64,000 bases of DNA from NCBI GenBank assembly GCA_041645075.1, contig JBAZQS010000003.1, positions 6,710-70,709 of the forward strand, written 5' to 3'. The notes beneath the pieces were generated by a model. The model was not told the origin of the DNA. It saw only the letters and a program-made list of their open reading frames with translations, and made no database searches. The stretch's first letter is position 1; every line of letters starts with the position of its first letter. The DNA is from Patescibacteria group bacterium. GTDB taxonomy: Bacteria; Patescibacteriota; Patescibacteriia; 2-01-FULL-39-33. Below are positions 1 through 9,026 of the stretch, one piece after another. Both the position numbers and the translations under genes were made by a program.

Positions 1-828
1 ACTGGTAGTAAATGAATGATCAACGCTCACCGTATCGGGCGAGGCATGAGAAATCACGCGGTAGTAATAAGTCGTGCCAGGCGTCAAACCAGTCAAAGTT
101 ACGGAATGAAAAGTAACTTTGTTTAAATCATCAATTGTTGAATGAGCATAACCGTAATTCGGCGGACTGCTAAAATCAAAAATATGCGCCTCGCTTGCCG
201 CGCCCCAAATCACCCGACTGGTGGATAAATAATTAGTTAACCAAGTAAGTGTCGCGGAATCGTTGCTAACATTTATTGACGCTTCATTGAAAATCGTTAA
301 GCCGGCCGGCACACCGCCTCCGCCGCCTTGTCCGGGCGGAGTTACCGGTGTCTGCTCGCCCTGAAAACCGACTAAAATATCAAAATTATTTAAAACATTA
401 TTTTGATAATCATTATCAGCGCCGGAATTAAAAGTCACAATTAAATCATAAGTCGTGCTGGCGTTATCCGCCAGATTGGATAAAAATGTCTCGCCTTGAC
501 CGAAAAATTCAGTCAGGCCCTTATTTAAAATCGTTTGACTCCCCTCTTTTATCTTTAAATTTAAAGCCTCGCCAAAATTATCAGGGTCATTGACATTAAT
601 CGCTTCAATGGCCACCGGTTTTGACACGCCGCTTTTATTTTTAATTTCAATCTGGGCCACTATTGAGTCGCCGGGCAAAAAATTCACCGCGCCAAAAAGC
701 GGATTGGGATTAAAGATGACGACTAAATTTTGCGGCACTTGGGCGCCTACGGTTGAAGCGAATAAAAAGCCGGCTGACACCAAGACAGCGACCCAAAAAA
801 TTAATTTTAATTTTTTTATTTTAAGCAT
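1..828 (-). CDS. Secreted surface protein with fibronectin type III / purple-acid-phosphatase-N-like domain (partial, runs off window start)
   Basis: Not in ORF track. Manual translation from ATG 828 is open to the window edge: signal-like MLKIKKLKLIFWVAVLVSAGFLFASTVGA, later HSVTLTGLTPGTTYYYRV (Fn3-like). Confidence 0.7.
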   Translation of the reverse strand, partial: MLKIKKLKLIFWVAVLVSAGFLFASTVGAQVPQNLVVIFNPNPLFGAVNFLPGDSIVAQIEIKNKSGVSKPVAIEAINVNDPDNFGEALNLKIKEGSQTILNKGLTEFFGQGETFLSNLADNASTTYDLIVTFNSGADNDYQNNVLNNFDILVGFQGEQTPVTPPGQGGGGGVPAGLTIFNEASINVSNDSATLTWLTNYLSTSRVIWGAASEAHIFDFSSPPNYGYAHSTIDDLNKVTFHSVTLTGLTPGTTYYYRVISHASPDTVSVDHSFTTS

Positions 829-839
829 ATTGATTATTT

Positions 840-2483
840 TTAAACGGTTGGCGCCTCTGCTGGCGCTGGCGGAACCGGGTCAGGACCGGGAACTGGTTCG
901 GGCGCCGGAGTTGGTTCCGGTTCCGGTGTCGGCTTAATGGCCAATTCCGGCTCGGGTTCGGGTTCTGGCGCGGGAGCAATTATTTCATCGGGCAGGACGA
1001 CTTCTTCCGGCTCAATCGTCGGTTCATTAGTATTTAACGGCTCATCGGAATTTTCGCCGAGATTTTCCGCGGGCGGTTCAATGGCCGGTTCTTCTTCTTG
1101 TTCAGTATTTTCGCCGAGATTTTCCGCTGAAGATAAATCGGGATTTTCCGAGGCGATGTTATCCGGATTTTCCACGCTATTTTCATCGGACAAATTTTCG
1201 TTATCAGCCGGCTGGGCTTCTTCCACAGTGGTGGTTTCAGCCGGTTCAGCCGAGACAATTTCCTCGGCTGGTTCTTCTATGATATTTTCCGATTCGGCGA
1301 CATAATTCGGGTCGTAATCTTGAGCCGTCGGGTCGTTTTTGGATAAATTGGGATTTTTGGGCGTACCGCAATTATAATCTTGAGCATTACTATCCCAATA
1401 ACTAAGCATTAGAGAAAGATCCGAACTTGACATAATCAAAGGTTCACAAGTATGCCAACTACTGGTGGCCATACCGTCACTTGGCACAATATTTCTTTCC
1501 ATTGATTTTTTGATAACGCCATTTGAACCAGCCGGCCAATTACTGTTGATAACGGCGGGGGTTTGGTCAATAATATTGCCATCAATATCTTTCAAAATTA
1601 AGGCGCCGTTATCGTCATACTCATTGTCAAAATTAATATTGACGCTTGTTAAATCAACATCCACATTCACCAGTGAATCAACTCTATTATAATTAGCAAT
1701 TAAGAAATAACCACCAGCTAAAATGATATTTGAAGTTGGAATTTCCAAATGACCGCCGCTGCCAGAAACCGCCCCGTCAATATCCCAATTGGAAATATCA
1801 ATATCATGGCTCGTCATATTTCGCAACTCAATCCATTCGTCATGGGGTTTTAGGGTGTCGTCGTCTTCCTTGCTCCCCATCCACATAATTTCATTTATCA
1901 CCACATCCCCCGGGCCGGGAATAGGCGGCTCTTGGGACGGCCACTCGCCCGAAGAAATGCTCATAGCGATAATTTCGGTATCGGTAAAACCGCTGGTATT
2001 GTCGGGCAGATTGATTTGCCAGCCGGAAAAGACGAGGTCAAAATTACAGGACTGATTTTCTACGGCCGGGTCGGTGGTGGTCGCTAATCTGGCGCTAAAA
2101 ATAATATCCGCGTCCAGTAAAAAAGTCGTGGTCGCCGAAACAAAAGAGCTTAACGGCTGATAGATGCCGGAAATATCGTCTTTTACCTCCAAATACTGAC
2201 ATAAAGCGCCAGTGGAACTCGCCGTCACGGCCTGATAATTAAAATCAGCCGTACCCGCGTTAGCCAAAAAAACCGTGCTGGTTGCTTCGCTATCCGCGAT
2301 TAAAGTCGGCAAAAAACTGCCGCCGCCCGAGAGCGAAAAATCAAGCGTGCCGGCGGTAAAATTGGCCGCCCCTTGCTCAATATCGTTAAAATAGGCAAAG
2401 GTCTCGCCAATCGCGGAAAGTCCCGCCCAATTCAAACCAATAAGCAATAAAAGGGTGGTTAATTTTAATATTATTTTTCTCAT
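840..2483 (-). CDS. SipW-type signal peptide protein with lamin-tail domain and acidic Pro/Glu-rich C-terminal tail
   Basis: TFAYFND...NFTAGTLD (SipW-cognate signal); VVINEIMWMG...DEWIELRN (LTD motif); PEPEP tail. Confidence 0.75.
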   Translation of the reverse strand: MRKIILKLTTLLLLIGLNWAGLSAIGETFAYFNDIEQGAANFTAGTLDFSLSGGGSFLPTLIADSEATSTVFLANAGTADFNYQAVTASSTGALCQYLEVKDDISGIYQPLSSFVSATTTFLLDADIIFSARLATTTDPAVENQSCNFDLVFSGWQINLPDNTSGFTDTEIIAMSISSGEWPSQEPPIPGPGDVVINEIMWMGSKEDDDTLKPHDEWIELRNMTSHDIDISNWDIDGAVSGSGGHLEIPTSNIILAGGYFLIANYNRVDSLVNVDVDLTSVNINFDNEYDDNGALILKDIDGNIIDQTPAVINSNWPAGSNGVIKKSMERNIVPSDGMATSSWHTCEPLIMSSSDLSLMLSYWDSNAQDYNCGTPKNPNLSKNDPTAQDYDPNYVAESENIIEEPAEEIVSAEPAETTTVEEAQPADNENLSDENSVENPDNIASENPDLSSAENLGENTEQEEEPAIEPPAENLGENSDEPLNTNEPTIEPEEVVLPDEIIAPAPEPEPEPELAIKPTPEPEPTPAPEPVPGPDPVPPAPAEAPTV

Positions 2484-2488
2484 TTTAT

Positions 2489-3016
2489 TTAGTCAACTTT
2501 ATCAATTGTTTTTGTTTTCTTTTTCTTGATTTCTGCATAAATTTTCCTGGCCTCGTCATAAATGATTATTACCGCCGGCACAATGATAATAATCATAAAG
2601 CCGATGGGTTTTTTGGCCGCGTCAACCGCATAGCCGAGATAAGGAACGGAAAAAATAACCTTGCCGACAACTTCATTGGTTAAAACCTCTTTTTGGTCTG
2701 GCGTGTTATTAGCGTCGCCTTTGGTAATGTAAATCGGCTTGCCTTCTTGAACGCGAATATCATTAATCCGATGGGTGGTTGGCGTTTGGTTTTTGCCGAT
2801 TTTACCGAAAGTGATAATGTCGCCAATCTGATAATTGGCCGCCGGCTTTATGGCTACAACACTGCCGGTTTTTATGGTTGGCTCCATTGAGCCAGAAAGC
2901 ACGGCCAAAACCTTGAAATTGCCAGTGAGGGGCAAAATGGAAATTATCAGCAAAAGAGCGATAACGGAAATTAAAACAATAACTAAATAATAAAATATTT
3001 TGAATATTTTTGGCAT
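2489..3016 (-). CDS. sipW: Signal peptidase I, ER/archaeal type (S26B, SipW)
   Basis: VLSGSMEP catalytic Ser, GDIITF, THRI, TKGDAN motifs; flanked by SipW-cognate substrates. Confidence 0.9.
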   Translation of the reverse strand: MPKIFKIFYYLVIVLISVIALLLIISILPLTGNFKVLAVLSGSMEPTIKTGSVVAIKPAANYQIGDIITFGKIGKNQTPTTHRINDIRVQEGKPIYITKGDANNTPDQKEVLTNEVVGKVIFSVPYLGYAVDAAKKPIGFMIIIIVPAVIIIYDEARKIYAEIKKKKTKTIDKVD

Positions 3017-3054
3017 GTTTTATTTCTTTTTTTCTACTATTTTAAATCCTTTAT

Positions 3055-3083
3055 GGTCCCCCACTTTTTTTAAAGTGGGGGAC
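3055..3083 (-). terminator. Stem-loop between TasA-like gene 2 and sipW
   Basis: GTCCCCCACTTT..AAAGTGGGGGAC inverted repeat just after the stop. Confidence 0.5.
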
Positions 3084-3099
3084 GAAAAGGATTCAAGTA

Positions 3100-3819
3100 T
3101 TACTGACTCGCGTCCTGATTTAGGGTGAAAATCATGGTCAAATCAAAAATGTCTCCCTGGAAATCATTGCCGGCTTCGTTGGCAAATTTAACGCCCATTT
3201 CATAGTCATACATACCCATATTGACAGGAGGTGGAAGATTGTCCAGAACATCATTCTTTAAATCATAAAAACTGATTTTCCCGTCGCCATTCTGGTCCTC
3301 TATTTTCCAGTCATTGCTCTGGCCTAATAAGGTTCCAGTACAAGTATGGTTTGAGCTGTTATATAATGCCCTTTTTTCACCGGTTAAACAATCTATACAG
3401 CCAAAATCTTTATAAATACATCTGGTAATTAACATTTCCTTTGCCATTTCGCCCGGGTGCAAATTTGTTTGACAATCAGTGTCCCCTTCCAGACAAGGAT
3501 TTTCTTCAACCACGGAATAATCACTGGTTATTTCAAGGTGATTTCCCGGCACGGTGCTGTCCCAAGATTCCTGCATTTGAACCAGAGGAATTCTAAAATC
3601 CCACGCATCCCCCGGCTTTACATCGGGGGGAGCGGTCCAGGTAGCGTGAACTCCATCTCCCCAGTCCTCATCCTGATCTCTAATTTTCAAATCCAAAATG
3701 CCGGCTGAAAATGTGTTTCCACTACTTGTTTCCGTATCCTGAAAATAGGCAATGGTTCCGCCAATGGCAATTGTTGCAACCACGGCAATAATACTCAAAC
3801 TGATTAGTATTCTTTTCAT
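3100..3819 (-). CDS. TasA/CalY (camelysin)-family protein, SipW-cognate
   Basis: GTIAYFQDTETSSGNTFSAGILDL N-terminus; C-terminal AGNDFQGD..FTLNQ motif. Confidence 0.8.
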   Translation of the reverse strand: MKRILISLSIIAVVATIAIGGTIAYFQDTETSSGNTFSAGILDLKIRDQDEDWGDGVHATWTAPPDVKPGDAWDFRIPLVQMQESWDSTVPGNHLEITSDYSVVEENPCLEGDTDCQTNLHPGEMAKEMLITRCIYKDFGCIDCLTGEKRALYNSSNHTCTGTLLGQSNDWKIEDQNGDGKISFYDLKNDVLDNLPPPVNMGMYDYEMGVKFANEAGNDFQGDIFDLTMIFTLNQDASQ

Positions 3820-3838
3820 ATTAATTTTTATTTACCCG

Positions 3839-3862
3839 CCCCGCCCCTCGCGAGAGGCGGGG
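3839..3862 (-). terminator. GC-rich stem-loop between the two TasA-like genes
   Basis: CCCCGCCCCTCGCGAGAGGCGGGG hairpin. Confidence 0.45.
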
Positions 3863-3891
3863 TTGGCCGGATTTAAGAAATCAGTGAGAGA

Positions 3892-4671
3892 TTATTCTGG
3901 CTGACTCTGTGGACTGCACAAAAATCTGTCGTTATTCCTTGCCTGCTCGGTGTAGAAAGAAATGTCAGATACATAGCTGTCGCTCTGAACGATGTTGCCA
4001 GTTGTCCATGGTAAACTCCAAGATACGCCAAGATAGTAGTTATTGCTACCAATAAGTGGTCCGGCGCCGGTAAACACATTTCCGTTTGCGTCAGCTAAAG
4101 GTAAGGTTACTGTTCGGGTAGGCGCAATGCCGGTGCCAATTAAATTATCACAATCTGGCTGATAAATATTGTCTCCGGGCCTTGCATTTGGGTACTCATC
4201 ATTAATCTCAGGAGTACACACATCCGCCCAAATCGTACCGGTAAGAGCTTGCGCTAATTCGCCATCGTTTAAGTTACTTGGATCCTCTTGTGTCTCTCCT
4301 GGTTCTGCTAATTCTGGTTCGGTGGAGCTCATATCGTCGTTTTTGACCGGAGTCACGGTCATACAACCCCAAGCATTGTTGTCATAAACATGCAAGCTGA
4401 TAGTTCCCTCGCCGTAATCACCGGGTTTGAGATCCGCGAAATTAAAGAATTTCTCATTGGTTAAGTCCGTCAATCTCCATTGGCCGGCGTTTGGGTCCCC
4501 GTCAACTCGCTTATTAAAATAGCCCTCATAATCCACCTTCAAATCAATTGCCCCAGCGGTAAAAGTGTTGCCAGTGCTGGTTTCAGTGTCGCTGAAGTAG
4601 GCGGTGGTCGCGCCGATGGCCACGGCGGCGACAAAGGCGATAACCGCCAAACTTAATAAAACTTTTTTCAT
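3892..4671 (-). CDS. TasA/CalY (camelysin)-family protein, SipW-cognate
   Basis: ATTAYFSDTETSTGNTFTAGAIDL; FADLKPGD; GNIVQSD..FYTEQ. Confidence 0.85.
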   Translation of the reverse strand: MKKVLLSLAVIAFVAAVAIGATTAYFSDTETSTGNTFTAGAIDLKVDYEGYFNKRVDGDPNAGQWRLTDLTNEKFFNFADLKPGDYGEGTISLHVYDNNAWGCMTVTPVKNDDMSSTEPELAEPGETQEDPSNLNDGELAQALTGTIWADVCTPEINDEYPNARPGDNIYQPDCDNLIGTGIAPTRTVTLPLADANGNVFTGAGPLIGSNNYYLGVSWSLPWTTGNIVQSDSYVSDISFYTEQARNNDRFLCSPQSQPE

Positions 4672-4826
4672 ACTTTTGTTTTTTTATTAATAATTAAATT
4701 CCTCCTAAATTAAACTTTCAACTTTAAACAATTAGGGTTAAACTGCTTTGAGCAATTCGACTTTAGAAACCACTAAATTGATTAAAGCGCGCAATGCAAT
4801 ATGTAAAATAAGTTATTTTTTAAAAT

Positions 4827-4853
4827 AAAAAAACGCCTCAAAAAATCAGGCGC
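4827..4853 (-). terminator. Intrinsic terminator-like hairpin in leader of TasA-like operon
   Basis: Minus strand GCGCCT-N9-AGGCGT followed by a T-tract. Confidence 0.55.
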
Positions 4854-4991
4854 TTAACGTTTTATTGGATTGACTCGCATTATTCGGAAGGAAATTTCAG
4901 CTTGTTTTTCTACCGACATTTGCTAAAAGTAATTTTTTATTCCCCCCTAAAAATGCTAAACAACCTTATCCCCCTTAAACATTACTGCCTT

Positions 4992-5020
4992 ATTTTATCA
5001 CCGCTCTAAAATAGGCGCAA
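4992..5020 (-). promoter_or_regulatory. sigma70-type promoter upstream of TasA-like operon
   Basis: TTGCGC-N17-TAAAAT with extended -10 TG. Confidence 0.5.
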
Positions 5021-5089
5021 TGGCATAAGCGGTGGATAACTTTTAATTTATTTCAGCTAAATTTAAAATATCCCAGTAATAAGTGTTTA

Positions 5090-5104
5090 TGAGATGGTTA
5101 CAAA
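5090..5104. repeat. Solo terminal repeat of GAGATGGTTACAAAA MITE family
   Basis: TGAGATGGTTACAAA identical to MITE ends at 6906 and 8849. Confidence 0.7.
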
Positions 5105-5114
5105 TCAAAATCTG

Positions 5115-5672
5115 CTATCTTTTATATAAGCCGGTCAAGACCGCCTGCTCAATGACGCGATCACCCAGCGCTTCTTTAAATTTATTCTTGTCTGTATTTT
5201 CGTCCAAAACCAGATTATCGCTTAAAGCGTAAAGCTTGAAATTATAGCGATGAACGCCCGAGGGCGGACAAGGCCCGTCATAAGTAGAGCGTCCAAAATC
5301 ATTTATACCCACGGCCGCGCCACTGGGAACGCTATTTTCGGTAATTTCTCGCGTATCGGACGAAATATTCCAAACCAGCCAATGGACAAAGTCGCCACTG
5401 GGAGAATCCGGGTCATCCACCATCAAGGCCAGACCCTTGGCGCCATCGGGAACACCGCTGATGGCCAGCGGCGGATTAACATTTTTCCCGCCACAAGTGT
5501 ATTGGGCAGGCAGGGATTGATTCGGCTCAAAGGCCGGACTGGTTAATTTCATATTGCCTAATTTAAAATTTTGAATTAAATTTTTATGATTGGCAGACCT
5601 TTGGAAAATAAAAAATATTCCGGCGATTACCGCCAACGCCGTAATAATTAAAATGATTGTGTTTTTTTTCAT
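5115..5672 (-). CDS. YbhB/YbcL family Raf kinase inhibitor-like (PEBP) protein
   Basis: DPDSP..FVHW, YDGPCPPSGVHRY.F.LYAL motifs. Confidence 0.9.
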   Translation of the reverse strand: MKKNTIILIITALAVIAGIFFIFQRSANHKNLIQNFKLGNMKLTSPAFEPNQSLPAQYTCGGKNVNPPLAISGVPDGAKGLALMVDDPDSPSGDFVHWLVWNISSDTREITENSVPSGAAVGINDFGRSTYDGPCPPSGVHRYNFKLYALSDNLVLDENTDKNKFKEALGDRVIEQAVLTGLYKR

Positions 5673-5680
5673 ATTTGAAT

Positions 5681-6895
5681 TTATTTAATAATGCCGCCAC
5701 CTAAAACCTCATCACCATTATAAAAAACCGCGGATTGGCCGGGCATAATGGCGCGCTGGGATTTTTTAAACTTTACAGTAAGGAATCTCCCACCCCCTGC
5801 CCCGACTTGGCGTCGGGACGTCCCCCTCTGGCAGGGGGACAAAATAATACAATTGGCGGCCCGGCCGTGATAGCGGATCTGTACTTTACATTTTAAAGGA
5901 AATTTCGGTTTCTTGCCAATCCAATTAATATTATGGCAAAAAAACTCTTTTTGATAAATAGCGGAATTATTTTGATTTTTAGTGACAATCAATAAATTCT
6001 TTTTGCGGTCAAAGCCGCAGACATACCAAGGTCCACCCGATAGGCCGATACCGCTTCGTTGGCCAAGGGTATAAAGCGGGAGGCCTTGATGGGTACCCAA
6101 TACAGACCCCTCCCCAACCCTCCCCTTGTAAAGGGGAGGGGGTTTAATATGCGGCCTCCCCTTATAAAAAATGGGGGAATAAATAATAATTTTTCCGGGT
6201 TTTAATTTCAAATATCTTTTCAAAAAATCATAATGGCTTTCGCCCACAAAACAAATCTCTTGGCTGTCCTTTTTATCATGAACCGGCAGTTTAAATTTTT
6301 TGGCCAATTTCCTGACTTCGCTTTTTTCATAATCCCCCACTGGAAACAGCAAATACTTTAATTGCGATTGCCCTAAATTGTACAAAAAATATGATTGGTC
6401 TTTATTCTCATCTTTTCCACGCAATAATTTTAATTTTGGATTTTGGATTTGTTTGGGATTTAGGATTTGGGATTTAGGATTTTCCGCCAACAGGCGGACA
6501 TAATGCCCCGTCGCCAGATAATCGGCGCTAAAAATCGTTCTAACTTTTTTCAGCAAAAGGTCAAATTTTATAAATTTGTTGCAGGCCACGCAGGGATTCG
6601 GCGTTTTGCCTCGGCCGTATTCTTTGAGAAATTCATCCACGATTATTTTTTTAAATGCCGGGCCGAAATTTAATTTATGAAACGGAATATCTAAAATATC
6701 CGCCACCCACTTGGCCTCATTAAATGATTCTAAACTGCAACACCGATTTTCACCGTATATCTTGCCGGTAGGAAACCAAAATTGCATAAACACACCCACC
6801 ACCTCATAACCCTGTTCTTTTAATAAGGCCGCGGCCACCGAAGAGTCCACGCCGCCGGACATAGCGACCACAACTTTTTTACCATTATCTTTCAT
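5681..6895 (-). CDS. mnmA: tRNA 2-thiouridine(34) synthase MnmA (with three repeat-derived in-frame insertions)
   Basis: AMSGGVDSS PP-loop, TPNPCV.CN, ATGHY, KDQSYFL, DSQEICF, PGQSAVFY. Confidence 0.97.
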   Translation of the reverse strand: MKDNGKKVVVAMSGGVDSSVAAALLKEQGYEVVGVFMQFWFPTGKIYGENRCCSLESFNEAKWVADILDIPFHKLNFGPAFKKIIVDEFLKEYGRGKTPNPCVACNKFIKFDLLLKKVRTIFSADYLATGHYVRLLAENPKSQILNPKQIQNPKLKLLRGKDENKDQSYFLYNLGQSQLKYLLFPVGDYEKSEVRKLAKKFKLPVHDKKDSQEICFVGESHYDFLKRYLKLKPGKIIIYSPIFYKGRPHIKPPPLYKGRVGEGSVLGTHQGLPLYTLGQRSGIGLSGGPWYVCGFDRKKNLLIVTKNQNNSAIYQKEFFCHNINWIGKKPKFPLKCKVQIRYHGRAANCIILSPCQRGTSRRQVGAGGGRFLTVKFKKSQRAIMPGQSAVFYNGDEVLGGGIIK

Positions 6896-6905
6896 AAATA
6901 TTATT

Positions 6906-7091
6906 TGAGATGGTTACAAAACTATTTTAGCTATAAATTTAGGACTTTTTGAGCGAGACAAGGAGGGCCAGCAAAAAGATCTGAGCCGCCCCGACGTAAC
7001 ATCGGGGCGGTGAAAATCTTTTTGCGCCAGCCTGACGCAGTCGCAGCCAAAAAGGACAAATTTAGAGAAATATAGTTTTGTAACTATCTCA
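6906..7091. mobile_element. MITE-like element, copy 1 (186 bp)
   Basis: Terminal inverted repeats TGAGATGGTTACAAAACTAT / ATAGTTTTGTAACTATCTCA; near-identical inverted copy at 8849-9026. Confidence 0.85.
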
Positions 7092-7976
7092 TTAAGGAAT
7101 TACAACCTCAAGGGCTTTCGGCAAGACCTCTACCTCTATTTCCTTGGAAATTTTCAGGTAATCGCCGTCTATCTGGTAGGAATTCCAGCCACGATTCAAA
7201 TAAATCTTAAAATAATCATTATCCAAGGTAAAAATGTGTTTTTTCGGCTGTTGGCGCCAAAGCAAATAAAAAAGGTCGCTGATTAAAGAAAGCAGGGTTT
7301 TATTGGTAAAAACATAAAGATTTAAAATGCCGTCTTGCCAGTCAATATTCTTTTTCAATTTCAAGCCGAAATAATTTATGGCGTTAAAAATAACCAAACT
7401 ATTGCCCTTGACCCAAAATGTTTTATTTTGCGTTTTGATTTTAAATTTAATCTTTCTAATCTTAATTTTATTAAAAATAAATCGCCATAAATAGCCAAAA
7501 TAACCAAACTTATTTTTTAAATCGCCGGGGGTGCTGGCAATAACATGGGAAATATAGCCGATTGAAAGCCCCACCAAAAAATAATGATTCTGGTTTATTA
7601 GGCCAACGTCAATTTTAACGGTTTTTTCCGGTTGAGCCAATAACTTTATCGCTTGCTTGACGGTCAGAGGAATTCCCAGATCCGTGGCCATAACATTGGC
7701 CGAACCAAAAGGAATGATGCCAAGCGGGGCTGATAATTTATTATTTAAAATTGTCTTCGTCGCCACCTTAACCGTGCCGTCACCGCCCACCGCCACCACC
7801 AACTCCGTTCCCAAAAAATTATGCCCCGAAATCGCGGTTTCAAAATTATCATTTAAATAAAACAAATCAACTTGGTAGCCAAGCTCTTCAAGCTTATTTC
7901 TCACTAAGCCCTCAATATCCTGCTTGGTCATCAGGCCGGCGGATTTGTTGAAAATTACTAAAGCAATTTTGGTCAT
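7092..7976 (-). CDS. Diacylglycerol/lipid kinase family protein (YegS/BmrU-like)
   Basis: FNKSAG, VGGDGT, GIIPFGSANVMA, QIDGD motifs. Confidence 0.9.
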   Translation of the reverse strand: MTKIALVIFNKSAGLMTKQDIEGLVRNKLEELGYQVDLFYLNDNFETAISGHNFLGTELVVAVGGDGTVKVATKTILNNKLSAPLGIIPFGSANVMATDLGIPLTVKQAIKLLAQPEKTVKIDVGLINQNHYFLVGLSIGYISHVIASTPGDLKNKFGYFGYLWRFIFNKIKIRKIKFKIKTQNKTFWVKGNSLVIFNAINYFGLKLKKNIDWQDGILNLYVFTNKTLLSLISDLFYLLWRQQPKKHIFTLDNDYFKIYLNRGWNSYQIDGDYLKISKEIEVEVLPKALEVVIP

Positions 7977-8030
7977 TGTCGTTTATTCGCAGTAGTTTAT
8001 TCGTAATTCGTAATTTGAAATTTTAAAATA

Positions 8031-8585
8031 TTACCACCAAACTTTTTTAAGGCCCAACAAATATGAAATCAGGTTGACAAGGGGATGGAGAATTAAAGTG
8101 ATTAAAAGCGAGGCCAAAATAATTTCTACCGACGGCTTATAAATCAAGGAGATGAAAATAAAAAAACCGATGATAAAATCAAGCTGGTCAAAAATCGGCC
8201 AGGACTGGCCCGAGGCGAGATGCAAACGCCGCTTCAAAAAACTTTTAATTAAGTCGCCCAAAATCGCGCCCAAGCCGGCCAGCACGCCAAAAGACAAAAA
8301 CATGGCATCATAATTTACAATGGAAATCTGATAAAAAAAATCATAACCAAACAAAGATGCCTGAATAATAGTGACCACTAAAGACATAATTACCGCCGCG
8401 ATAATCCCCCGCCAGGTTTTATTCTGGCCGAATAAAAAATCTTGGCCCAATTTCAAGCCGCCATCAATCGGCTTGGCCATTGATTTCAATAAGCCGAGTT
8501 TATCAAAAATTACCGGCGCCATATTGGCAAAATAAGCCGGCAAAAGTAAATAAAAACTTTTTATCAGATAATCAAGGTAGGGCAT
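8031..8585 (-). CDS. CDP-archaeol synthase-like (CarS/DUF46) membrane CTP transferase
   Basis: PAYFANMAPV, PIDGG, G.NKTWRG, GDLIKSFLKRR, DQLDF motifs. Confidence 0.85.
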   Translation of the reverse strand: MPYLDYLIKSFYLLLPAYFANMAPVIFDKLGLLKSMAKPIDGGLKLGQDFLFGQNKTWRGIIAAVIMSLVVTIIQASLFGYDFFYQISIVNYDAMFLSFGVLAGLGAILGDLIKSFLKRRLHLASGQSWPIFDQLDFIIGFFIFISLIYKPSVEIILASLLITLILHPLVNLISYLLGLKKVWW

Positions 8586-8848
8586 ATTGATTATATTTTA
8601 CTATAAATTTGCGAGATATTCAATATAAATTATTCTATTTGCTAAATCCCCTATTTTAATATAGAATACAATCAGAAAAGATAGTGGATATGCGCGGGGT
8701 TTCACATATCGGGAGAACAAAAATCTTTTCTGCCCACCAATTTATCCAACCAAAAAATCGAAAGAAACCCATCTTAAAACTTCCCACCACTGCTTCCCGG
8801 ATAACAAAAAAGCGACGAACACCATCCCTTCGTCGCTTTCTCATTTAA

Positions 8849-9026
8849 TGAGATGGTTACAAAACTATATTTCTCTAAATTTGTCCTTTTTGGCTGCGAC
8901 TGCGTCGGGCGGGCGCAAAATGATTTTCACCGTAGCCCCGCTATGGCTCAAGTCATTTTGCTGGCCCTCCTTGTCTCGCTCAAAAAGTCCTAAATTTATA
9001 GCTAAAATAGTTTTGTAACCATCTCA
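8849..9026. mobile_element. MITE-like element, copy 2 (178 bp)
   Basis: Perfect 20-bp terminal inverted repeats; right end supplies the TGA stop of the adjacent ATPase gene. Confidence 0.85.

Noticed and set aside
8656-8844. 62-aa ORF next to MITE copy 2
   Set aside because: No SD or family motif; insufficient support
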